DNA from: a virus
Direction: 5' to 3' (one strand)
Virus record (IMG/VR): IMGVR_UViG_3300045993_000425
Span: 1-64,000 of that record
Length of the DNA stretch: 64,000 bases
Position 1 is the stretch's first letter. Each line of letters starts with the position of its first letter. A program made the position numbers and the translations under genes. This document shows positions 48,322 to 55,881 of the stretch, in pieces. The notes below the pieces were generated by a model. The model was given only the letters and a program-made list of their open reading frames with translations. It was not told the origin of the DNA and ran no database searches.

Positions 48322-48701
48322 TCTCAGGGTGTTCCCTAGATCAGGCGATAGCTGCGATGGGAACCTCGTCCTCGAGTACTGCTGGGGCCTCAGATAGGGA
48401 CATGAGGACGGCTCTGGTCCGGTTGGGAATCAAGGTGGCACCTTGGCTCAAGGCTGCTCGACGGGTCCACATCCCTGACTTCTGCCTAGCGACCATCGAG
48501 GATAGTCGGGTAAGAAGCTTCGGTCATGCAGTGGCTATCCTCGATGGGCTCGTCTATGACCCCGGTGTCGGATGGCCTATGCCTCTGCGGGTCTATGAGG
48601 ACCACCTGATGCCTACCTATGGGCACAAATCTCACGTTTCATGGGATCGCTTCCTGCCGATCCTCTCAGAGCCGCCTTCAGCAGACCGCTGGCCATTTTA
48701 G
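48147..48701 (+). CDS. Papain-like C39-type peptidase domain (start uncertain)
   Basis: ITQPPTSGTCGPASIAM, GHAVA, VYDP. Confidence 0.65.
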   Translation: MDAITKHLAKDSARGPLSKQALGSQDGRVHPKQLPRRTLKVITQPPTSGTCGPASIAMISGCSLDQAIAAMGTSSSSTAGASDRDMRTALVRLGIKVAPWLKAARRVHIPDFCLATIEDSRVRSFGHAVAILDGLVYDPGVGWPMPLRVYEDHLMPTYGHKSHVSWDRFLPILSEPPSADRWPF

Positions 48702-48703
48702 GC

Positions 48704-48732
48704 TTGCCATCTGATAGTCTCTCTGATACCTT
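48704..48732 (+). promoter_or_regulatory. Sigma70-type promoter TTGCCA-N17-TACCTT (leaderless)
   Basis: ATG 48739 lies 7 nt after the -10 hexamer; no RBS. Confidence 0.75.
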
Positions 48733-48738
48733 CGCCGC

Positions 48739-48960
48739 ATGGCAAAGTGGATCGTGGAGGTCAAGAGAGGCGAGGTGATGATGTCCTACTATCGTGGGTG
48801 TCACGTCACCGACTGGTCTGGAGAGGACTGCGGGAAGGGGAGGCTTGACCAATTGCCTGACTTGGTCAGCTTTGTCACTCAGAAGGCTGAACCCTGCGAC
48901 CGACTGTCTCTCCCATCAGGCGAGTACTACATCCAGTCGGCACCCTTCGCGAGGGCATAA
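48739..48960 (+). CDS. Hypothetical early protein
   Basis: Directly behind the promoter. Confidence 0.65.
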   Translation: MAKWIVEVKRGEVMMSYYRGCHVTDWSGEDCGKGRLDQLPDLVSFVTQKAEPCDRLSLPSGEYYIQSAPFARA

Positions 48961-49070
48961 TGAACATTTTCGGGGTACACATCTGCGCCGATGAGGTCAA
49001 CCAAGTCCTCTCACTCTGGGGCAACTTCGGGTGGTTCATCAGCTATCTGTTTCGTCGGTTCAAACCATGA
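48960..49070 (+). CDS. Small hypothetical protein (36 aa; not in the ORF track)
   Basis: TAATG coupling; MNIFGVHICADEVNQVLSLWGNFGWFISYLFRRFKP fills the gap exactly. Confidence 0.55.
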   Translation: MNIFGVHICADEVNQVLSLWGNFGWFISYLFRRFKP

Positions 49071-49081
49071 CAGGAGGCAAC

Positions 49082-49339
49082 ATGTACGAGATGGACATGT
49101 CGTCAAGGGAGCGGCTCGATGTTCTGGAGGTCGAGTTGGACTGGCTCCGCAGAATCGAAACGGTCGGAGCCAGCTATGTCGACCGGGAGCGAGCCGTAGA
49201 GGACCGCAGGCGACTGATGCCTGAGGTAGCCATCCTGCGTAAGAAGGTCGAGTGGGAGAACGCAAAGGCAGGAAAGGCGGTAGCGGCGATCTTCGCCTCT
49301 CTCGCCTTCGTTGCCTGGTTCGCTTGGCTAGTTCGCTGA
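49082..49339 (+). CDS. Hypothetical protein with C-terminal TM anchor
   Basis: RBS AGGAGG; hydrophobic C-terminus. Confidence 0.7.
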   Translation: MYEMDMSSRERLDVLEVELDWLRRIETVGASYVDRERAVEDRRRLMPEVAILRKKVEWENAKAGKAVAAIFASLAFVAWFAWLVR

Positions 49340-49341
49340 TG

Positions 49342-49701
49342 CTACCAGAAGGTGGGTAGCTTCGGAACCACCCCACCCTGCGGGAGGTCGAAGATCATCT
49401 GCGTGGGGACGTTGATTGCCGCACCTAGAGCAACGGTGTAGGCACTCAGGTCTGCTGGCTGACCAGCCACATTCTTGGTCGTCCGACCATCTGCTGAGAC
49501 ACCCTCAGAGGGGGCTAGACCGACCTGAATGTGAGTAGTATCGGTCAGTTTGAGCACAATAACTGCGACTCCAGGGAGCCCTGTGCCCTCAACGTAGGCC
49601 TTGGCTCCAGGCCAAAAGGCGCGGGAGGCGGCGACCTGGATGACTCCACCCTTGGTGCCGGTTGCTGCGAACGCTTCTTTGTAGGCATCAATCTGAATCA
49701 T
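49342..49701 (-). CDS. Probable small virion protein (late gene within the early island)
   Basis: MIQIDAYKEAF start after GAGGG; AATCTA motif at 49727-49731. Confidence 0.65.
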   Translation of the reverse strand: MIQIDAYKEAFAATGTKGGVIQVAASRAFWPGAKAYVEGTGLPGVAVIVLKLTDTTHIQVGLAPSEGVSADGRTTKNVAGQPADLSAYTVALGAAINVPTQMIFDLPQGGVVPKLPTFW

Positions 49702-49756
49702 TTCGCCCTCATGGGTATCATCTGGTAGATTGCTGCCCGCGTTCTGATAGTTTTGC

Positions 49757-49785
49757 TTGACGTTCTGAGAGTGCAGTGGTAGAAC
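49757..49785 (+). promoter_or_regulatory. Sigma70-type promoter TTGACG-N17-TAGAAC (leaderless)
   Basis: TG-extended -10; ATG 49793 follows 8 nt later. Confidence 0.7.
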
Positions 49786-49792
49786 CTGATTC

Positions 49793-51193
49793 ATGGACAA
49801 CGCAAACACCGCCGCCGCCGAAGTCGAGAAGGTCTACACCGTCGCCGCCGCCGGTCTGTCTCGGCTCGCGGCTGTCATCGAGAAGCTCAACAAGCGGGCA
49901 GTCAAGCTGGGCTGCGCCCCCATCGCCTTCGAGCAGGTGGGCGAGGTCTACTCCAAGACCATTCGCGACCCGCTCACCCACATCGAGATGGTCGTGCGGC
50001 TGGTCGATGTCCTCCTCTGCGGCAAGCAGCCCGGTGTCAACGGATGGCAGCTGGTCGCGACCATCGCCCCGGTCAAGGCGGATGACGGGTCGGTCGCCAA
50101 CATCGTCAACGTCGTCCCCGGCTTTCAGGGCATCCCGGTCGAGTACCGGACGGTCAAGATGACCTGCCAGCACTGCAACACCCTCCGCTACCGCAACGAC
50201 GTTGCCCTCCTTCAGGAGATCTCGACCGGCACCTACAAGCAGATCGGTCGGAACTGCCTCGCTGACTTCCTCCGGTCGGGTGACGCAGACGCTCTCCTCG
50301 GCTACGCCGACATCATCGAGTCCGCTCGCAATGCTTTCGATGAGGAATCGGGCGGCTTGGGCTCCGCTTCCGCCGATGCAGTCAAGCTGGTCGAACTGCT
50401 GACCTGGACCTGCTCCATCGTCGCCAAGGTTGGAGCCTACGTCTCCAAGAAGAAGGCCGACATCGAGGGGATCATGCCGACCAGCTTCATCGCTCGCGAG
50501 GTCATCATCGGTCGCGGCAAGGAGGCTGACAAGGCTCGCGTGGAGTTCCAGCCCACCGAGGCCAACGTCGAGAAGGCGAAGCTGGTCATCGACTGGTGCC
50601 GCAATGTCCTGCCGGGGCTGGTCGAGCAGGATGAGGCGAACGACTACCTCTACAACCTCAAGATCTCGACCGCCAACTCTGAGTGCCTCATCAAGCTGAT
50701 CGGGGTCGCCGCCTCTGCCGTTTCCGCCTATGACCGGCACATCTCCCAGAAGGCGGAAGCCGCCAACAAGGTCATCAGCAAGCACTTCGGGGTGGTTGGG
50801 GAGCGCATCAACTTCCTGAAGGTGACCGTCCTCCGCATCACCTCCTTCGACGGCTTCTACGGCACCTCCTACGCCTCCACCCTCCTCACCGAGGACGGCA
50901 ACGTCGCTGTCTGGCTGGGCTCCTCCCCCATCCAGAGCCACGTCGAGTCTGTCAAGGCTGACGGCACCGTGACCTACACCGCCGGAACCGCCAACGTGGG
51001 CGACAAGGTGGTCATCTCTGCCACCGTCAAGGCTCACGACAACTACAAGGGTGCCTGCCAGACGAAGCTGTCTCGCTGCCAGACCTGGACCCCTGCGGGC
51101 ATCGAGGCTGAACTCGCCAAGCAGGCGAAGAAGGTGGCTCGCGAGGCGAAGAAGGCCTCCAAGGCGACCAAGGCTGCGGCTCAGGCGGCCTAG
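49793..51193 (+). CDS. Hypothetical early protein with Zn-binding motif and C-terminal OB-like fold
   Basis: CQHC..R.R, IGRNC; ISATVKAHDNYKG..QTKLSRC; extreme GC3 codon bias. Confidence 0.85.
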   Translation: MDNANTAAAEVEKVYTVAAAGLSRLAAVIEKLNKRAVKLGCAPIAFEQVGEVYSKTIRDPLTHIEMVVRLVDVLLCGKQPGVNGWQLVATIAPVKADDGSVANIVNVVPGFQGIPVEYRTVKMTCQHCNTLRYRNDVALLQEISTGTYKQIGRNCLADFLRSGDADALLGYADIIESARNAFDEESGGLGSASADAVKLVELLTWTCSIVAKVGAYVSKKKADIEGIMPTSFIAREVIIGRGKEADKARVEFQPTEANVEKAKLVIDWCRNVLPGLVEQDEANDYLYNLKISTANSECLIKLIGVAASAVSAYDRHISQKAEAANKVISKHFGVVGERINFLKVTVLRITSFDGFYGTSYASTLLTEDGNVAVWLGSSPIQSHVESVKADGTVTYTAGTANVGDKVVISATVKAHDNYKGACQTKLSRCQTWTPAGIEAELAKQAKKVAREAKKASKATKAAAQAA

Positions 51194-51222
51194 TCGTCTG
51201 CTTGGTAGTGCTATAGGATGGC

Positions 51223-51705
51223 ATGACCAAAACACCCCCCAAGAAGACAGAGAAGCCGCAATCCCAGATCTGCCTTTCCGAGGTACTCAAGGAGCGATCA
51301 GAGAAGACATGTGGAGGTGAGTGTGAGAACTGCACCTGCGATGCCGACGAAAATCTGCTCGTTCTAGCCGATAAGCAGCGAGAGGCACTAGAGCTGATGC
51401 AGCATCTCGTGACGCTGGTGAGTGACGACAAGCCGCTGGTCGATGCCGTCGTTGCGGCTCGCGCCAGGACCGTCGTTCACTACATCATCTTGTCCATGTA
51501 CGACGGTCTCCCGTACAACCTGGATGACTATGAGGTTGCGGTAGGATCTTTCATCGACACTCTCAAGTACCTTGCAGAAGAATCAGACGACAAGGTTGTC
51601 CGCTATATCGCAACCTACGGAAAGTGGGACGTGATCGTCGATGACGAGGAAGCCGTCTCAGTAGACTACAAGGGTGTCTCTGAGAAAGCCCCCAAGGACA
51701 TCTAG
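51223..51705 (+). CDS. Hypothetical protein
   Basis: Cys cluster CGGECENCTC; TGC-TATAGG-N5-ATG upstream. Confidence 0.7.
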   Translation: MTKTPPKKTEKPQSQICLSEVLKERSEKTCGGECENCTCDADENLLVLADKQREALELMQHLVTLVSDDKPLVDAVVAARARTVVHYIILSMYDGLPYNLDDYEVAVGSFIDTLKYLAEESDDKVVRYIATYGKWDVIVDDEEAVSVDYKGVSEKAPKDI

Positions 51706-52779
51706 ATGGGCAAGTTCCAGGTGCTGGTAGTCGAGGTCGGAGCCATCAAGCCGCATGCTCAAGCAGATCGCCTTAGCTGGGTAACCATCCAAGAGGCAGG
51801 GAATGTTCCTGTCGTATTTCGGACGGGTGACCTAGTAGAGGGGCAGCTAGCTGTCTACTTCCCAATCGACTCTGTCATCCCTGAGAGTGTGCCTGGCACT
51901 AGCTTCCTTGGTTCGCACAGGCGAATCAGGGCAATGCGACTCAGGGGAATGTACAGTGAGGGGCTCATCCTGCCAGCCCAGAACGTCCTCGACAAGCCGG
52001 TGAAGGGGCAGGATGTATCCTCCTTCCTTGGGGTCAAGAAGCACGAAGATCCGATCCCGGTCAAGATGGGAGGCGAGCAGGTAGCCAATCCAGGCTTGCC
52101 CACCTACGAGGTCGAGTCTCTAGGTGGGTTCCCATGCATCCTTTCTGAGGATGAAGATGTAGTCATCACAGAGAAATTGCATGGAACCAACGCTCGCTTC
52201 GCTCTCGTCGATGGACGGTTCTACGCTGGTAGTCATCACTGCTTCTGGCGAGACATGAGGAGCGGCTGGCGGGAGTGGAAGCGTTGGGGCGAGAACCTGC
52301 TTCGACGCCTGAAGAAGGAGACACCTCGCCCTCCCCCACTCGACAATGTCTACTGGCAGATCGCCAGGAAGCACGACCTCGAGGAGAAGATGTATCGGGA
52401 GGGGTACTATGACTTTTCTATCTATGGCGAAATCTTCGGGGATATCCAAGACCTGAAGTACGGCCACGGCAAAGGCGAGATCAGCTTCTATGTCTTCGAT
52501 GTATGGGACAGTCAGAAGAAGGGCTGGCTGGGCTGGGACGACACTGTCGAGGTGGCTCGCAGGATGGGTCTAGCTGTCGTTCCTGTCCTCTACCGGGGTG
52601 CCTACCATGACGGCCTCCTCAAGAAGCTGGTCGACGGAGATAGCATCCTGGCGAGCCACATCCGAGAGGGCATCGTCCTCAAGACCACAGCAGAGAGCGA
52701 GCCGGGAGTGGGGCGTTTCATCATCAAGATGGTCAGCCAGCAGTACAAACTACGCAACAATCCGAGCGAACTGAAATGA
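51706..52779 (+). CDS. RNA ligase (DRB0094/Rnl5-like, N-terminal OB domain)
   Basis: HAQADRL, IRAMRLRGMYSEGL, motif I EKLHGTN, YGEIFG, FDVW, REGIVLK, IKMVS. Confidence 0.92.
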   Translation: MGKFQVLVVEVGAIKPHAQADRLSWVTIQEAGNVPVVFRTGDLVEGQLAVYFPIDSVIPESVPGTSFLGSHRRIRAMRLRGMYSEGLILPAQNVLDKPVKGQDVSSFLGVKKHEDPIPVKMGGEQVANPGLPTYEVESLGGFPCILSEDEDVVITEKLHGTNARFALVDGRFYAGSHHCFWRDMRSGWREWKRWGENLLRRLKKETPRPPPLDNVYWQIARKHDLEEKMYREGYYDFSIYGEIFGDIQDLKYGHGKGEISFYVFDVWDSQKKGWLGWDDTVEVARRMGLAVVPVLYRGAYHDGLLKKLVDGDSILASHIREGIVLKTTAESEPGVGRFIIKMVSQQYKLRNNPSELK

Positions 52780-52982
52780 GCGACCTCTCATGGAAGGTAG
52801 GTGGGTACACCTCGGTCGCCTACCTGCCTCCTCTGACTCTCATCACCTGGAGGTCGCAAGACAACCAGTGGCTCTGGATGATCGTGGGGGCTTTCAACCA
52901 AATCCTCAGGCATGGGCACTCACCAGACGAGGAAACGGCTCGCCAGACGGCCCAGGAGCACGCAGGAGCAACGAAGCCATGA
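52776..52982 (+). CDS. Hypothetical protein
   Basis: ATGA coupling on both sides. Confidence 0.6.
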   Translation: MSDLSWKVGGYTSVAYLPPLTLITWRSQDNQWLWMIVGAFNQILRHGHSPDEETARQTAQEHAGATKP

Positions 52983-53470
52983 CCCGCCGACGAATACTCA
53001 TCCTGATACCAGACTCACGTCCTGACAGCTCTGGAGAGGTTTGGGAGGGTGCCGACATCCAGCTCCCAACTGGTCTAGTGCCAGTGGCCATCGACAGTCG
53101 GCTCGATGACCCCCTAGCACAGGTCGGAAACGCTACCGTAGTCAAGTCTCCAGATGGTCTGATTTATGCAGATGTCGCCTTCAGCGGGAACGCCGGTAGA
53201 CCCTGCTTCCACTATGTCCTAAAGCAGATGCGAGCCTACATCATCGGAGACATCAATGGGCTCGAGCAGAGAGGGCACCATCGCCTGATTAGGAAGGCCG
53301 TCGTAAAGGCTATCGGGTTCACGATGGGGCTCAACGCAGACCGCAGAATCCCGACACTCTCTGCCCAGGGATTCTGGCCAGATATCCCCAACCCTCCTGC
53401 GGTCAAGAGAGGGCTACGCCTAGTCAGGGATGAGCCAGCCAGCGACCCAGATGCACCTCGCTCTGCCTAG
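52979..53470 (+). CDS. Hypothetical protein, possibly a degenerate HK97-type prohead-protease fold
   Basis: RBS AGGAG; D..GE....VPV....VG....DGL...R.I pattern without clear catalytic His/Ser. Confidence 0.5.
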   Translation: MTRRRILILIPDSRPDSSGEVWEGADIQLPTGLVPVAIDSRLDDPLAQVGNATVVKSPDGLIYADVAFSGNAGRPCFHYVLKQMRAYIIGDINGLEQRGHHRLIRKAVVKAIGFTMGLNADRRIPTLSAQGFWPDIPNPPAVKRGLRLVRDEPASDPDAPRSA

Positions 53471-53499
53471 AAAGCAAAAGGGCCGGTTTCCCAGCCCTT
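53471..53499 (-). terminator. Intrinsic terminator after the tail tube gene
   Basis: Reverse strand reads AAGGGCTGG-GAAA-CCGGCCCTT TTGCTTT. Confidence 0.8.
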
Positions 53500-53527
53500 A
53501 GTGCGTTCAGACTGTGGAAACAGTCAG

Positions 53528-54028
53528 CTAGCCACCGGATGCATGAACCGCAAGGTCCATCGAGTCGGTTGGTTCTTCGTTCGTATCCGCCGTCTCGTCG
53601 GTGTAGACAAGACCCTGGAACGTCACGGTGAACTCCTGAAGCGACCGAGGAGACACCTGGCTCGAGAAGCCGGTCGCCTTGCAGTTGCTGACCTTCATGA
53701 TAGTAGCCTTTGCAGGATCAGCAGCGGAACGGTCTGTCAGCTCGATGGAAATGTCCTCGTAGGTGAGCATCTCAGTCAGCTTCGGAATCAGCTGCACGCC
53801 GGAAGTGCTGCCAAACGCTCCCTGGTCCATGATGCGGAAGCCGGCTGCTGTAACGCTGACTACCTCGGCTCCGGTATAGACGAGTTCGGCAGCCGAAAGA
53901 CGACCGATGATGTAGACTGGGGCGACATCGAGGTTCACGTTCCAGCTGCAATTGGCGAAGAAGCCGACCTTCTTGCCGGAAACCGACAGGATGGCTCGTG
54001 CGCCATGAATGACTTTAGAAGCTGCCAT
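53528..54028 (-). CDS. Tail tube protein
   Basis: Directly after the sheath; IHGARA..GKKVG, IIGRLSAAEL. Confidence 0.85.
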   Translation of the reverse strand: MAASKVIHGARAILSVSGKKVGFFANCSWNVNLDVAPVYIIGRLSAAELVYTGAEVVSVTAAGFRIMDQGAFGSTSGVQLIPKLTEMLTYEDISIELTDRSAADPAKATIMKVSNCKATGFSSQVSPRSLQEFTVTFQGLVYTDETADTNEEPTDSMDLAVHASGG

Positions 54029-54047
54029 CTATCTATCCTCTTCTTTC

Positions 54048-55841
54048 TTACGCGGACTGAGTCGGCTGCGTGAGCAGGAACCGAATCGGGATGAAGTAAA
54101 CGCCGGTCCCAGGCTTGATTTCAGCCGACACCAGCATCGCTGGGGGGCTGATCTGCACGCTGGCGTTCTTGTAGCCACCAGGCGCGTCGTCGCTAGAAAC
54201 CATCAGCTTGAGCCGGTAGAGCTCGCTCAGAATGCTCTTGAGGTAGCTCAGAGCGATTGCGGCAGACACATCTGCGAAGTTCTGGCCGATGAAGGCCTTC
54301 TCCATCTTGTCCGAAACCGTCATGGCGATGGTGTCAGCGGTGTAGACGGCCTGGATGCTGTTGTAGACGAAGTTGTTGTCATATCCGTAGGTTGTCTGGT
54401 CAGAGACGAATGACATGACACCATCAGACATCCGAGGAGCCAGGATGAGGAGGCCATTTCGGATGGCATCCTCGAGTGCATCCTGGTTCTCGACTACGAA
54501 GTCGCTCTTGGGGGCGCGGCTGCCGTAGACGTTGAGAGCCTTGTTGAAGATCGGGCGGTAGCCTGCGCTGGCCTGCATCGCTGCCGCGACGACTGCACAA
54601 GCCCACGGCTGGAACCAAGTCAAGGTGCCGCTAGCGTTCGGCTGTAGAGTATCGAGGTAGCTGAGAGCCATCCGAGCCGAGCCCATCTGCTGCGCCTTTG
54701 CCTTTGCGTTGGCGTAGGTGTCGCTGACACTCGGGAAGCCCTGACGCGGCTTGCGCTGCTTGAACTGCGAGCAGTAGCTCAGGTGCGTCGAGAGGGCCGC
54801 ATTGACACCAGCGATGGTGTAGGTCGAGGAGGAGTCGGTAGCTCCGATAGCAATGTCACCGGTTGTCGCAGTGGTCGCATCCTGGCTGAAGAGAGTAACG
54901 ATAAAGTTCGCCCGGAGACGAGCCGCCTGGTCAAGAGCGGCGATGACGTTGGAATCGTAGGTGTGGCCGAGGGCCCCACCATTCAGGAAGGTGATGGTTT
55001 GTGAAGCCGGAAGACCGGTGTTCGGGAAGATCGTCGAATCGACCGAAACCAGACGGCTGGTAGCAATCGCCTGCATGAAGTCGAAGGCATCCTTCTTGAC
55101 ACTGAAGCCACCACCAGAGACATCGGCTCCGCTGACCTCATCTAGAACGAACGGAGAAAGCTGCGAGTAGACAGGAGTAACAGTCGCAGACCAGCCCTTG
55201 GAGGTGATGAAGGCAGCTAGGTCGCCTAGAGTCTTGAAGTCGGAAAGACCAGCCGTCCAAGCAGAAACTCCGTTGCTGTAACCAGTGATGGATGTCGCAC
55301 CGATAGTCATAGTAGGTACGGTTGCACCGCTAGATACCAGCATAGCAACCGACCCACCAACAACGAACTGCTCAGAAATGTTGTCATTCTTGCGAGCGAT
55401 TGTGATGGTCGATGAGCCGCTTGAGGTAGCTACAGTGACAGAGATGAGGTTGCCATTCTTTCCGGCTGACTTTGCATCCAGCTTGGCGTAGCCGCCGGTA
55501 AGGGTTGTCGACGCCTTGGTGCCCTGGTTCGTCTTGATGAGGACGATCTGGGTAGGGCTGCCCTTGACCTGTGGGTCCTTGGAAGGAGCGCAGGCGAGGA
55601 GGTACGCATCGACTAGGCGACCCGACCCGAACTTGGCAACTACATCAGCCTTCTGGGAGGGACCATAGACGCTAGTCGAGGTTACATCCTCATCGAGATA
55701 GCTGGGACCATCAGAGGCCTCACCGACGAGGACAACGACACCGGTAGTCGAGGTGCCAGACGTGCTGGGAGCCACGTCCCACTTAGCTGGTGCGCTCGGA
55801 ATGTAGAGCGTGCCGTCTGTAGTAGTGTACGAAAGAGCCAT
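54048..55841 (-). CDS. Contractile tail sheath protein
   Basis: YIPSA, VVVLVGEASDGP, FGSGRLVDA, GKNGNLISV, AIRNGLL, DQTTY, KAFIG. Confidence 0.92.
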   Translation of the reverse strand: MALSYTTTDGTLYIPSAPAKWDVAPSTSGTSTTGVVVLVGEASDGPSYLDEDVTSTSVYGPSQKADVVAKFGSGRLVDAYLLACAPSKDPQVKGSPTQIVLIKTNQGTKASTTLTGGYAKLDAKSAGKNGNLISVTVATSSGSSTITIARKNDNISEQFVVGGSVAMLVSSGATVPTMTIGATSITGYSNGVSAWTAGLSDFKTLGDLAAFITSKGWSATVTPVYSQLSPFVLDEVSGADVSGGGFSVKKDAFDFMQAIATSRLVSVDSTIFPNTGLPASQTITFLNGGALGHTYDSNVIAALDQAARLRANFIVTLFSQDATTATTGDIAIGATDSSSTYTIAGVNAALSTHLSYCSQFKQRKPRQGFPSVSDTYANAKAKAQQMGSARMALSYLDTLQPNASGTLTWFQPWACAVVAAAMQASAGYRPIFNKALNVYGSRAPKSDFVVENQDALEDAIRNGLLILAPRMSDGVMSFVSDQTTYGYDNNFVYNSIQAVYTADTIAMTVSDKMEKAFIGQNFADVSAAIALSYLKSILSELYRLKLMVSSDDAPGGYKNASVQISPPAMLVSAEIKPGTGVYFIPIRFLLTQPTQSA

Positions 55842-55862
55842 CTGAGTCTCCTATCGACAGTT

Positions 55863-55869
55863 AGATTAC
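55863..55869 (-). promoter_or_regulatory. AATCT late-promoter motif before the sheath
   Basis: gtAATCTAac. Confidence 0.7.
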
Positions 55870-55881
55870 TGTCAAGACTGC

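Noticed and set aside
49718-51235. 505-aa antisense ORF (also 17046-17813, 22432-23298 and the many + strand ORFs over 59-63 kb)
   Set aside because: Shadow frames caused by codon bias or repeats of the real gene on the opposite strand; no motifs or start signals
55856-55873. N4-like hairpin promoter (GACAGT-AATCTA-ACTGTC)
   Set aside because: The inverted repeat flanks only this one AATCT copy; the others lack it
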